NCBI GenBank assembly: GCA_963771555.1
Contig: CAVYTM010000001.1
Location: 332,859 to 396,858 of the forward strand
Reading direction: 5' to 3'
DNA: 64,000 bases
Source of the DNA: an uncultured Thermoplasmata archaeon
GTDB lineage: Archaea > Thermoplasmatota > Thermoplasmata > Lutacidiplasmatales > UBA184
In this document: piece after piece, positions 29,886 through 39,040 of the stretch
Position numbering within the stretch: the first letter of the stretch is position 1
How the letters are laid out: each line of letters opens with the position of its first letter
Translations under genes and position numbers: made by a program
Notes under the pieces: generated by a model
Told to the model about the DNA's origin: nothing
Database searches by the model: none
Seen by the model: the letters and a program-made list of their open reading frames with translations, nothing else

Positions 29886-30308
29886 CTAGGCGGGGCGTGA
29901 GGCCGGCGCAATGGCCGCGACGAGGTTGACGGGAACGTGGGCCTCCCGGAAGATCTTGCCTACCGGGGAGAGTTCGAGCGCCGCACGTAGGGCAGCATCC
30001 ACCTCGGTTCGGTCCGCGTGACTGCGCAATCGAAGGGTGCCGTGGAGCCCGCTCAAGGGCCGGGCCGGGACCGGTGGATCCCCTTCCAGGACAACGGTGA
30101 GGCCGGAGAAGTCGAGGTGGCGCTTGCGGGCGACCGAGACGAAAGTCGAGGCGATGCTTCCGGCGAGCGCCAGCACCGAGAGTTCGATTGGGGTCGTCCC
30201 CGAACTCGCGCCTCCTTCTTCGGGCGGAAGGTCCACGAGGGCCGAATGCGCACGTCCGTCTTCGAGCAGGAATTCGTGCCCCTTTCTCCAGGTCGCGACC
30301 GCCTGCAT
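29886..30308 (-). CDS. OsmC/Ohr-family-like protein lacking both conserved cysteines
   Basis: PIELSVLALAGSIASTF and ALELSPVGKIF align to the OsmC/YhfA motifs ALAGC and CPV, with Ser in place of Cys at both sites. Confidence 0.65.
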   Translation of the reverse strand: MQAVATWRKGHEFLLEDGRAHSALVDLPPEEGGASSGTTPIELSVLALAGSIASTFVSVARKRHLDFSGLTVVLEGDPPVPARPLSGLHGTLRLRSHADRTEVDAALRAALELSPVGKIFREAHVPVNLVAAIAPASRPA

Positions 30309-30372
30309 CGTCCCAGCCTAGCGGTCGATTCGGAAAAACCAGTAGTGAAACCGGAATGACCCTCCACCGAGC

Positions 30373-30987
30373 CTACTCCGCAGAGACCAGATGGCCCGGG
30401 AGCCGGGAGGGCCAGGGGCGCTCGAAGACGAGCACGTAGTGAGAGGGTCCGAGGTCGAAGGAATCGGTCCGGGTGAGACCGTAGGCGCGGAGCGCCGCGG
30501 TGGCTTCCGAGATGCTGAGTCGATGCTGCACGGGAGGTCCCTCGGGCGTGGACCTCTTCTTCCAGTCGACGTCGATCAGCCGCCCGCCGGGCCGTAGCAA
30601 CCGAACCGCCTCGTGAACCGTCCTCGGAGGCATTCCGTGCAGAACGTTCGCAAGGAGCGTGACGTCGGCCGCCGCGTCCTCGAGGGGAATTCTCCCCGGG
30701 GTTGAGAGCACCGCTTCCAGGTTACGGACCTTGCCGGCCTCCGCCTTTTCCCGCACCAGCTCGACCAATTCGTCCGAGATATCGACCGCGTAGACCCGAC
30801 CCTCGGGGCCGACGACGGAGGCCGCCGGGAACGCAAAGAATCCCGAACCTGCACCGACGTCCACCACGACCTCCCCGGCCCTGAGGCCCACGCGTCGCCA
30901 CAGACGACCCGGGTCCTGATTCCGCCGTCGATCCGGGGAGTCCAGGATCGCGACGGCCTCGGCGCGTGACCACGACGCTTCGTGCAT
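30373..30987 (-). CDS. Class I SAM-dependent methyltransferase
   Basis: VVVDVGAGSGFFAF, YAVDIS and LRPGGRLI are present. I chose the start at MHEASW (30987) in track ORF 30373..31107. Confidence 0.75.
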   Translation of the reverse strand: MHEASWSRAEAVAILDSPDRRRNQDPGRLWRRVGLRAGEVVVDVGAGSGFFAFPAASVVGPEGRVYAVDISDELVELVREKAEAGKVRNLEAVLSTPGRIPLEDAAADVTLLANVLHGMPPRTVHEAVRLLRPGGRLIDVDWKKRSTPEGPPVQHRLSISEATAALRAYGLTRTDSFDLGPSHYVLVFERPWPSRLPGHLVSAE

Positions 30988-31225
30988 TCGTCGATGATCG
31001 GGTGGCGTCCTCGCGCGGCTCCTCCGAGGCGGGCCAGTACCGGACCGCGAACCACTGGTTCGACGGCGTTGGGCGGCTCGTTTCCACGGTGAACGGACCC
31101 TCGTCATCCAAGTTTTCCGCGCAGCTATCCGACGGCGAGTCGCCCCGGATCCCGCTGCAAGTTCGAAGAGGTCGTCTCGGAGTTAGATGTTTGCCCGAAT
31201 CCCGGGCCGCCGTTCTCGGGCGGGC

Positions 31226-31696
31226 CTATCCCGAGCGCACCAGAAGCTCCACCTCGTTCCCGGCGAGCGGCCCCCCGGGCCACGACGCTCCGAAGAATCG
31301 GTCGGGGGAGAAGAAGAGTGTCGTGTTCACGGGGGGAATCGGGGATTCTCCGAGGACAAAGGAATAGGTGGTTCCGTTCGGTTCGGTTCCGTTCCCGTGT
31401 ACGAGTCCGCCCGTGAAAGCGTACCAGTTCGTGACCCAGAAGACAAAGCTCACGTTGTGGAAGAGGACCGATTGGGGAGCGCTGTGGTTCAACGGGAAGA
31501 GTGGGTTCGCTACGGCGAAAGTGGTGTCGAAATACGAACCGCCGTCCACGGTGACGACGTTGGGTTCGGTGAAGTTGGGTTTCAAGCCGGGAATTGCGCC
31601 CCCGAACAGAGCTACCCCGAACCCGCCCATGACCAGGAGGCCCACGATGAGGGCCTTGGCTTGCGCGGCCGTCATGGGGAAGTCTTTGTCCATCAC
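31226..31696 (-). CDS. Hypothetical secreted or membrane-anchored protein
   Basis: An N-terminal anchor (ALIVGLLVMGGFGVALFGG) is followed by an Asn/Thr-rich ectodomain with several N-x-T/S sequons. Confidence 0.5.
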   Translation of the reverse strand: MMDKDFPMTAAQAKALIVGLLVMGGFGVALFGGAIPGLKPNFTEPNVVTVDGGSYFDTTFAVANPLFPLNHSAPQSVLFHNVSFVFWVTNWYAFTGGLVHGNGTEPNGTTYSFVLGESPIPPVNTTLFFSPDRFFGASWPGGPLAGNEVELLVRSG

Positions 31697-31804
31697 AGAG
31701 TAGCTCGAGGGACCGGTCGGAGGTCGGAGTCGTACTTAGCCTTCGGTGACCGGACCCGATCGCCGCGCAATCTCCTTCAATACCCAAGGCGATATCCGAC
31801 GGTC

Positions 31805-32755
31805 ATGCGGGCCGTGGCGGTCCCCCGTTTCCGTGCGCCGCCGGAATTGATGGAGCTTCGGGTTCCCACCGCAGGCCCGAGCGAGATGCTCGTGCGCGTG
31901 GGATTCGCCGGCATCAATCCCCTGGATTGGAAGGTCAGTGAGGGGTTCTACGACGGGAGTCGTCCTCACATCTTCCCCCTCGTATTGGGCGTCGACGGAG
32001 CGGGGACCGTGGAGTTCGCCGGAACCGACATCGCCCGCTTCCGTGTCGGCGACCGAATCTTCGGCCAATTCCTCCATAGCCCCGTGGGAACAGGCACCTA
32101 CACCGAGTTCACGACCGTCCCCGAGGGGATCGGGGTCGCTCGGGTGCCGGACGGAATGACGATGGAGAACGCGTCCGCCTTACCGACCGCGGGCATGACG
32201 GCACTGTCGTGTCTGGACGCCCTCGCGCTCGGCCCCGGCTCCTCGCTCGTCATCGTCGGAGCTTCCGGCGGTGTCGGGTCGTTCGCGACCGAGATCGCTG
32301 CTTCGCAGGGGATCAAGGTCACCGCCGTCGCGCGGTCTTCGTCGGCGGCGCGGCTACGCTCCCTGGGTGCCGAAGAGGTCATCGATGCCTCGTCCGGGGA
32401 CGAACGCGCTTCTGTCGCTGCGGTTCATCCTTCGGGCGTCGACGGCCTCTTGGATGCGAAGAGCGACCGGGCGGGTTTCGCCTCGTGGAGTTCGGTCGTC
32501 CGTAAGGGGGGAGCCGCCGTCATCACCACCCACGCGGCCGACCCCGAAGCTCTCGCTCGCGCAGGGCTCCGAGGAGGCAATGTAGACTTGGATCCCAGCG
32601 CCGAGCTGCTCGAACGCCTCGCGCGCGCCGTGGTGGACCGGGGGCTGCGGGTCCCGCTGGAACGCCGAATTCGGCTGGGCGATGCTGCTCAGGCACTGGC
32701 CGACCTCAAGGCGGGCCGTGGTTCCGGCAAGACCGTCATCGACCTCTCCTTGTAG
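31805..32755 (+). CDS. Zinc-type alcohol dehydrogenase / NADPH:quinone oxidoreductase family protein (MDR)
   Basis: GINPLDWKVSEG, PLVLGVDGAGTV and the Rossmann motif VIVGASGGVGSFA are present. I chose the start at ATG 31805 in track ORF 31187..32755. Confidence 0.85.
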   Translation: MRAVAVPRFRAPPELMELRVPTAGPSEMLVRVGFAGINPLDWKVSEGFYDGSRPHIFPLVLGVDGAGTVEFAGTDIARFRVGDRIFGQFLHSPVGTGTYTEFTTVPEGIGVARVPDGMTMENASALPTAGMTALSCLDALALGPGSSLVIVGASGGVGSFATEIAASQGIKVTAVARSSSAARLRSLGAEEVIDASSGDERASVAAVHPSGVDGLLDAKSDRAGFASWSSVVRKGGAAVITTHAADPEALARAGLRGGNVDLDPSAELLERLARAVVDRGLRVPLERRIRLGDAAQALADLKAGRGSGKTVIDLSL

Positions 32756-32816
32756 GGCGCGCCGGGTCCGCCGCTGGCGGAGACGTGGGCCAGAGGGAGC
32801 GACCTCCTTCCCCGAC

Positions 32817-32993
32817 TCACTCGAGAATCTTGACCTCGGCCGTCGGCGCCTTGAACCCGACCTTACGGTGGGTCCCGTCGCAGAACGGTTTCTCCGAGGA
32901 TTGTCCGCAGCGGCACAGCTCGACCACGAACTTCCCGTCCACGAAGACGATGTCCGGCCCATTCTCCTTCGCACGGGTCGTCACCTTCGGCAT
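32817..32993 (-). CDS. CDGSH iron-sulfur domain protein
   Basis: CRCGQSSEKPFCDGTH matches C-x-C-x2-S-x3-P-x-CDG-[ST]-H. Confidence 0.75.
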   Translation of the reverse strand: MPKVTTRAKENGPDIVFVDGKFVVELCRCGQSSEKPFCDGTHRKVGFKAPTAEVKILE

Positions 32994-33196
32994 GGCCTTG
33001 TCCGACAAAGTCGAGGAGCTCCTCAAGACAGCGATAGAACCCCTCGGGGTCCGTCGAGCCGAGCGAACGAACCCCTTTTGGACGAGTCCCGGATTCAGAG
33101 CATTGCGGAAGGACGATCCGGGCGACTCGATCGGACCACTCCTGGTCGTGGGGAGCGCCGATTCGCCAGGCGCGTGAAGAAGCGAGGAGGGAAGCC

Positions 33197-36049
33197 GTGG
33201 TCACGTACAACCTGGACAAGGTGTTCAAGCCTCAATCCGTCGCGATCCTCGGGGCCAGCGACACCGAGGGGTCGGTGGGCTTTGCGGTCGCCACGAACTT
33301 CGCGACCGGTGAGTTCGAGGGCAAGGCCTACTTCGTCAACAATCACAAAGCGGAGATCCTTGGCGTCAAGACCTACCCCAACGTGGGCGCCATCCCCGAA
33401 CCGGTCGACCTCGCGATCATTGCCACTCCCGCGAAGACGGTCTGCGAGCTGGTCGAGCAATGCGGTAAGGCGGGAGTGAAGGGGATCATCATCCTCTCGG
33501 CCGGCTTCAAGGAGACCGGAGCCGCGGGAAAGGCGCTCGAGGACGAGATCCTCGAGGTTGCTCGCAAGTACCGGATTCGTATCGTCGGCCCGAACTGCCT
33601 CGGCATCATCCGGCCAGGGATCCATCTGAACGGCACGTTCCTCGCCAAGGTCCCGAAGCCCGGGAGCGTGACGTTCCTCTCCCAGAGCGGGGCCCTCGGC
33701 TCCGCCATTCTCGACGTGGCCATCCACGAGAACGTCGGGTTCTCCACGTTCGTTTCCGTGGGCTCGATGATCGAGGTCGACTTCGGCGACCTCATCGATT
33801 ACTTCGGGAGCGACCCGCACACCCGAAGCATTCTGATGTACATCGAAGGGATCACGGACGCCCGCAAGTTCATGAGCGCGGCCCGACACTTCGCCCGGGC
33901 CAAGCCGATCGTGGTCGTTAAGGCCGGTCGATTCCGCGAGAGCGCCCGGGCCGTGGCCTCCCATACGGGTGCGCTGTCGGGAGAGGACCAGATCTACGAT
34001 GCGGCGTTCAAACGCGCGGGCATCGTCCGGGTCGAAGAGATCGCGGACCTATTCAACGCCGCGGAGGTACTCAGCACCCAACCGCTCCCCACGGGACCCA
34101 ATCTCGCGATCATCACGAACGCGGGAGGTCCGGGGATCATGACGAGCGATGCCCTCCTCGCGCGCGGCGGGAAGCTCGCCGAGCTGAGCCCGACGACGAT
34201 GGAGAAGCTCAACGCCGCCCTTCCCGCGTTCTGGAGCCGCGGGAACCCGATCGACCTGATCGGGGACGCGGGACCCGAGCGCTACCGCGTGGCGCTCGAG
34301 GCGTGCCTCGAGGACGAGGGCGTCGACGGGATCCTCTTGCTGCTGACCGCCCAGGCGATGATCAACCCGCTCGACGTGGCGAAGACCATCGTGGACGTGA
34401 TCGCCGCGAAGACCTACCACAACAAGACCATCCTCGCGTCGTTCATGGGACGCAGCAAGGTCGTCGAGGCGAACGCGTTCTTCGCCGCTCACAACATCCC
34501 CACCTACTCCTCGCCCGAAGAGGCCGTCAAGACCTATCTGACGATGCACCAATACCGCCGGAACATCGAGCTCCTCTACGAGACTCCCGAGGAGCTGCCG
34601 GTGGATTCCTCCCCCCCGAAGCGGCCGATCTCGGTCATCCTGAAGGGGGCCGCGGCCGAGGGTCGCGAAGCGCTGACCGACGAGGAAGCGAAACGGCTGC
34701 TCAAGTTCTACGGTTTCCCGGTCGTGGCCACCGAAGTTGCGACCACCGCGGACGAGGCGGCTTCGAAGGCGCGCCATTTCGGCTTCCCGGTCGTGCTCAA
34801 GATCCTCTCCCCGGACATCCTTCACAAGACGGAGGCGGGCGGGGTCGCGCTCGACATCAGCACCGAAGAGGAGGTGCGTCGCCAGTTCGAGGTGCTCATC
34901 GCTCGCGCGAAGGCGTTCAAGCCGGGGGCGTTGATCTCGGGAGTGACGGTCCAGCCGATGATCCCGCGCGGAGGCTACGAGCTCATCGTCGGAGGCAAGA
35001 CGGACCCGCTGTTCGGTCCGGTCATCTTGTTCGGCATGGGCGGCGTCGGGGTCGAGCTCTACAAGGACTGCGCCGTGGCGCTGCCGCCGCTCAACACGAC
35101 CCTCATACGGCGAATGCTCGAGGAGACCAAGGTCTACCAGCTCCTCAAGGGGTACCGGAACCAGCCGCGGGCCAACCTCGAGCTCCTCGAGAAGACATTG
35201 CTCCTGTTCTCCCAGCTCCTCACCGACTTCCCGCAGATCAAGGAGATCGACATCAATCCGCTCCTCCTCAGCGAGACCCAGGTCCACGTCCTCGATGCGC
35301 GCGTGATGATCGACAAGGACCGGGCGGTCCGCGAGCACGACCTGCACTCGCACCTGGTCATCAGCCCGTACCCGAAGAAGTACGAAATGCGCTGGAAGAT
35401 GGGGAACGGCGAGGAGGTCCTCCTCCGCCCGATCAAGCCGGAGGACGAGCCGATGTGGCTCGAGATGTTCCGGGGATTCTCGGAGGAGTCGATCCGGTAC
35501 CGTTTCTTCCAGATCATCAAGGACACTCCGCACGAGATGAGGGTACGGTACTGCAACATCGACTACGACCGCGAGATCGCAATCGTTCCCGAGCTCACCC
35601 GGAACGGGAAACGAAGGATCCTCGGGGTCGGACGCATCAGCATCGAGCCCGATGGAAAGAGCGGAGAGTTCGCCATCATCGTGACCGACGAATTCCAGGG
35701 CGTCGGACTGGGGACGAAATTGACCGACCACGTCCTCGAGGTCGCCTACGACATGGGTCTCGAGAAAGTGTACTCCGTCATGCTCGCCGACAATTTCCGT
35801 GCGCTCTCGCTCATGAAGCGGATGGGGTTCAGCCTCACCTACGCGGACGATGGCACCGTGGAGGCGACGCTCTACCTGCGGGGAGACCGCCCCGGCACGC
35901 CGACCGCTTCGACGGGGTCGCCCGCCACCCCCCACGCCGAAGGGGAACTCCCCCGGATTCCCTCAACGATCCGGAGTGTCGGAGAGAGCCCGCCGGCCGT
36001 TCCGATGATCCCCTCCGCCAAGGCAAAGCCGGCCACTCCCGCCCACTGA
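33197..36049 (+). CDS. Bifunctional ADP-forming acyl-CoA synthetase-like / GNAT acetyltransferase (Pat/Pka-type protein acetyltransferase architecture)
   Basis: A GTG start is preceded by GAGGAGG. The N-terminal CoA-ligase and ATP-grasp regions include VAILGASD, GPNCLGI, SQSGALG and KILSPDILHKTEAGGV. The C-terminal GNAT reads FAIIVTDEFQGVGLGTKLTDHVL. Confidence 0.85.
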   Translation: MVTYNLDKVFKPQSVAILGASDTEGSVGFAVATNFATGEFEGKAYFVNNHKAEILGVKTYPNVGAIPEPVDLAIIATPAKTVCELVEQCGKAGVKGIIILSAGFKETGAAGKALEDEILEVARKYRIRIVGPNCLGIIRPGIHLNGTFLAKVPKPGSVTFLSQSGALGSAILDVAIHENVGFSTFVSVGSMIEVDFGDLIDYFGSDPHTRSILMYIEGITDARKFMSAARHFARAKPIVVVKAGRFRESARAVASHTGALSGEDQIYDAAFKRAGIVRVEEIADLFNAAEVLSTQPLPTGPNLAIITNAGGPGIMTSDALLARGGKLAELSPTTMEKLNAALPAFWSRGNPIDLIGDAGPERYRVALEACLEDEGVDGILLLLTAQAMINPLDVAKTIVDVIAAKTYHNKTILASFMGRSKVVEANAFFAAHNIPTYSSPEEAVKTYLTMHQYRRNIELLYETPEELPVDSSPPKRPISVILKGAAAEGREALTDEEAKRLLKFYGFPVVATEVATTADEAASKARHFGFPVVLKILSPDILHKTEAGGVALDISTEEEVRRQFEVLIARAKAFKPGALISGVTVQPMIPRGGYELIVGGKTDPLFGPVILFGMGGVGVELYKDCAVALPPLNTTLIRRMLEETKVYQLLKGYRNQPRANLELLEKTLLLFSQLLTDFPQIKEIDINPLLLSETQVHVLDARVMIDKDRAVREHDLHSHLVISPYPKKYEMRWKMGNGEEVLLRPIKPEDEPMWLEMFRGFSEESIRYRFFQIIKDTPHEMRVRYCNIDYDREIAIVPELTRNGKRRILGVGRISIEPDGKSGEFAIIVTDEFQGVGLGTKLTDHVLEVAYDMGLEKVYSVMLADNFRALSLMKRMGFSLTYADDGTVEATLYLRGDRPGTPTASTGSPATPHAEGELPRIPSTIRSVGESPPAVPMIPSAKAKPATPAH

Positions 36050-36183
36050 ACGGTCGAGTGCGATCTCCGAGCCCAGACCGGCCATCAGACCCGACCGGAG
36101 TAAGGGGAATCGATTCGGCGCATGCGACGCGAGTCCTCGAGGAATCGAGTGACGGGTGCTCTTCGGTCCGCGGTCGATTCGGG

Positions 36184-36435
36184 CTATAGGTGACAGCCCG
36201 CCACGGTCGCGCCGTACCATCCGCCGGCGACGAGCAGGAGCGTGGCGATCGCCATCGGCACCGCCGTGGCCCAGGCCCCTGAGCGGAAGAGCATCACGCC
36301 GATCAGGGCGACCGCGCCACCGAACAGGGCGAGGCTCCCGCCCCCGCCGCAGAATCCCGCGAGGGCCAAACCGCCACCGAGGAATCCGACCGCGCCGAGG
36401 ATCAGTAATCCATCGATGAAATCCGGGGCGGACAC
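36184..36435 (-). CDS. Small Gly-rich membrane protein (about 3 TM)
   Basis: The 83-aa product is almost entirely hydrophobic or Gly. The call rests on composition only. Confidence 0.4.
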   Translation of the reverse strand: MSAPDFIDGLLILGAVGFLGGGLALAGFCGGGGSLALFGGAVALIGVMLFRSGAWATAVPMAIATLLLVAGGWYGATVAGCHL

Positions 36436-36676
36436 AGAGAGCTAGGGCCTCGTGAGGATAAATCCCAATGGAGACCCACCGGCCCGCCGCCGGGTTCCCC
36501 GGCCGAGCGGAGTGCTTCGACACCGTCGCCAGGAACCTTTTGACGCGGCCATCCCCGGGGCTTTTGAACGACGCGAGACGTTCATCGCTCGGCCGCCGAT
36601 CGCCCCAGCGTACTGGAGCAGTGGACACGGGGGGACTCGTACGCCCGGGGGGTTCGAATCCGCGACCGAAGGCCGA

Positions 36677-37144
36677 TCAGGACCGGGGCCCGAGGCCTGC
36701 AGGGTGTTTCCGGGCAAAGCGGCGCAGCCAGGGCTCGTCCTCCGCGCCGGCGCGCGCGAAGATCCTCAGCCACTCCCGTCTGATTTCCTTGGGGGAAAAC
36801 TCGGAAGATCGCATGTAGCAGAGTACATCGACGGAGGTTTTCCTCCCTCGGGGACGGTAGACGTGGACCGTCACCGACCCGGCGTACGGTCCCTCGAGAT
36901 CTTCCTTGATTCTCACTGCCGGGCGTATCTCCGTGAGCCGAGAGGCGAACTTTGTCCATCGGCCCCCTGATGTTCGCCTCTCAAAGCGGATGAGGGTGGT
37001 CACCTCCGATAGGGCCCTGGCCTTGAAGTTCCGCAGCGTAGGGGCGTGAGCCTTAGGGTGAAACTCCTCGTCCTTCTGCATGAAGTCCCACACGACCTCG
37101 AGCGGCGCGTCGAGGACGGCCCCTCGATCCTCAAAGTAGGTCAT
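36677..37144 (-). CDS. SRPBCC family protein
   Basis: MTYFEDRGAVLDAPLEVVWDFM... has a START-like length and pattern. I chose the start at ATG 37144, because the longer track ORF would run antisense through tRNA-Ala. Confidence 0.55.
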   Translation of the reverse strand: MTYFEDRGAVLDAPLEVVWDFMQKDEEFHPKAHAPTLRNFKARALSEVTTLIRFERRTSGGRWTKFASRLTEIRPAVRIKEDLEGPYAGSVTVHVYRPRGRKTSVDVLCYMRSSEFSPKEIRREWLRIFARAGAEDEPWLRRFARKHPAGLGPRS

Positions 37145-37305
37145 GCTCGGCGACGGAAGTTCTCGCTGGGTCTTCGCGGAGTGCTTGGCGAGGGCGTTCG
37201 GGCCGCGGGCGCTCCTCCGATTGGTCTCCTTCGGTGGCATCGGTGTCCTGGACAACGGGATGCCTCGGAGGTCAAGAAATGCCGGGTCGGGTCCATTTTC
37301 TGAAA

Positions 37306-37377
37306 TGGACACGGGGGGATTTGAACCCCCGACCTCTGCTTTGCGAAAGCAGCGATCTTCCGCTGATCTACGTGCCC
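37306..37377 (-). tRNA. tRNA-Ala (anticodon CGC), no encoded CCA
   Basis: Folded by hand: acceptor GGGCACG/CGUGUCC with the G3:U70 alanine identity pair, D-stem GAUC/GAUC, anticodon loop UUCGCAA, T-arm GGGGG-UUCAAAU-CCCCC and discriminator A. Confidence 0.9.
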
Positions 37378-37531
37378 GCGGAGGCGGGGATAGGGCCGCC
37401 GCCTTAAGCCCTTTGGAAACGCCAGTCCCTCCCGCCCGGGCATGTCGCTCGAACGGATGCCGCCGCCAGGCGCTGGTCCGCTCCGGTGCATGGTGGCCCA
37501 AGACGGTCCGGGCCTTCCAAACGATCGAAAA

Positions 37532-38152
37532 TTAGTTCCCAGCGGCCGCGAGCACCGCGGTGCGAAGCTCGGGGTTCGAAGAGTCGGGGGCCAGTCGCTT
37601 GGGCGCCGCGGACGATCCGCCCTCGGCTGATCCGGGGGGCGAGGGAGGACGGGCGGGGCCTGACCCAGAACGTCCGGTAGCCGCACGCCGCGTCAGGACC
37701 AAGCGATGTTCGTCGGCATCGTAGCGGAAGAGGTCGGCGTAGCGACCCCAGTTCACGATGTTCTGCACCGCCTCATCGACCGGAGTGGCCGAGAAGGACA
37801 CGATCTGCGCGAGGTCGTCGTCCGTCAGAGCGTGCTCGGGAGCGTTGTCGAGGGCGCGAAGGAGCGTCTTGAAGAGGGTGGTCTTCCGCAGTTGGTCACG
37901 GATGATGGCCTTGCGGTCCCGGATCGAGCCCCCCACGAGCTTCTTCCCGAGTTCGGTGAACGTCGCCCGGCCTTCCGCGACCTTGACGAGTTGAAGGACC
38001 TCCGCGAATTCGAGCGCCGGGAAGATCTCGTCGATCTCGAGGTCAAGGTCGTCCGCGAGGAGCGCAACGTCCTCGGAGCCCTTGTGAGAGTTCAGGAGGA
38101 CGAGGAGCCCCATCATCTCGGTGGGATTGCATTTCGGAAAGGTCGTCGGCAC
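37532..38152 (-). CDS. Stand-alone AAA-associated domain protein, of the type usually fused to the C-terminus of NitT/TauT ABC ATPases
   Basis: MMGLLVLLNSHKGSEDVALLADDLDLEIDEIFPALEFAEVLQLVKV fits the domain. The gene lies directly downstream of the ABC ATPase. Confidence 0.6.
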   Translation of the reverse strand: MPTTFPKCNPTEMMGLLVLLNSHKGSEDVALLADDLDLEIDEIFPALEFAEVLQLVKVAEGRATFTELGKKLVGGSIRDRKAIIRDQLRKTTLFKTLLRALDNAPEHALTDDDLAQIVSFSATPVDEAVQNIVNWGRYADLFRYDADEHRLVLTRRAATGRSGSGPARPPSPPGSAEGGSSAAPKRLAPDSSNPELRTAVLAAAGN

Positions 38153-38197
38153 GGTTCTACTCGGGGAGCGTCCCTACCAACACCCGTTCTATAAGTC

Positions 38198-39004
38198 TTA
38201 CCCGGAGGGGGGGACGCCTTCCACCGCCGGCCCGGGTTGGATCGCCGATCCCCCCTGCGTGATCAGCGAGTACACGCGGTCGGTGAGGTCGTAGAACGCC
38301 GCGGATTTTCGGTCCCGCGGTCGGGGTAGGTCCACCGTGACCTGGGCGAGGATGTGCCCGGGTCGGCGCGAGAGCACGATCACTCGGTCCGCGAGCTGAA
38401 TCGCCTCCTCGATGTTGTGGCTGACGAGCAACACGGCGTCCGGAGGTAGCTGGGGATCGCGCCACAGCTGGAGGACCTCTTCCCGAAGGCTCTCTGCCGT
38501 GAGCGGGTCAAGGGCGCTGAACGGCTCGTCCATCAGCAGCACCGCTGGCTCGACCGCCAGGGCTCGCGCCAATCCCACGCGCTGGCGCATTCCGCCGGAA
38601 AGCTCACGCGGATAGGCCTCCTGAAAACCATCGAGCCCGGTCACCGAGATGTACCGCTCCACTTGGGGCGCGATGCGGTCGGTCGACCACCCGAGCGCCT
38701 CGAGGCCGAAGGCGACGTTCTGGGCGACCGTCAGCCAAGGATAGAGGGCGAAACTCTGGAAGACCATCGCCATCTGGTTGCAGACGGTGTCGACCCTTTG
38801 GTCGCGGAAGGAGATGGTGCCTCCGGTGGGATGGTCGAGGCCCTGGATGAGGCGAAGCAGGGTCGATTTTCCACACCCCGACGGCCCGACGATCGCCACG
38901 AAGTCCGAATCCTTGACCTCGAAGGAGATGTCCTGCATGATCGAGATCGTGCCGTGACGCGAGGCGAAGCTCTTGTCGACATGCTCGACTCGGATCAGCG
39001 TCAC
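38198..39004 (-). CDS. ABC transporter ATP-binding protein (NitT/TauT nitrate/sulfonate/bicarbonate family)
   Basis: Walker A is GPSGCGKST, the signature is LSGGMRQR and Walker B is LLMDEPFSALD. Confidence 0.9.
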   Translation of the reverse strand: MTLIRVEHVDKSFASRHGTISIMQDISFEVKDSDFVAIVGPSGCGKSTLLRLIQGLDHPTGGTISFRDQRVDTVCNQMAMVFQSFALYPWLTVAQNVAFGLEALGWSTDRIAPQVERYISVTGLDGFQEAYPRELSGGMRQRVGLARALAVEPAVLLMDEPFSALDPLTAESLREEVLQLWRDPQLPPDAVLLVSHNIEEAIQLADRVIVLSRRPGHILAQVTVDLPRPRDRKSAAFYDLTDRVYSLITQGGSAIQPGPAVEGVPPSG

Positions 39005-39040
39005 CGACTCCTCCCCGCCTTCACCGACCGGTCCCCGACC

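Noticed and set aside
36647-36661. A T-arm-like sequence GGGGGGTTCGAATCC lies in the 240-bp spacer between the small membrane protein gene and the SRPBCC gene. It suggested a fourth tRNA, a split tRNA or a tRNA remnant.
   Set aside because: The 3' side of the T-stem (CCGCG) does not complement GGGGG. No acceptor, D-arm or anticodon arm could be built on either strand, and no BHB motif rescues it. At most it is a degraded tRNA fragment. It is worth a quick tRNAscan or Infernal check only.
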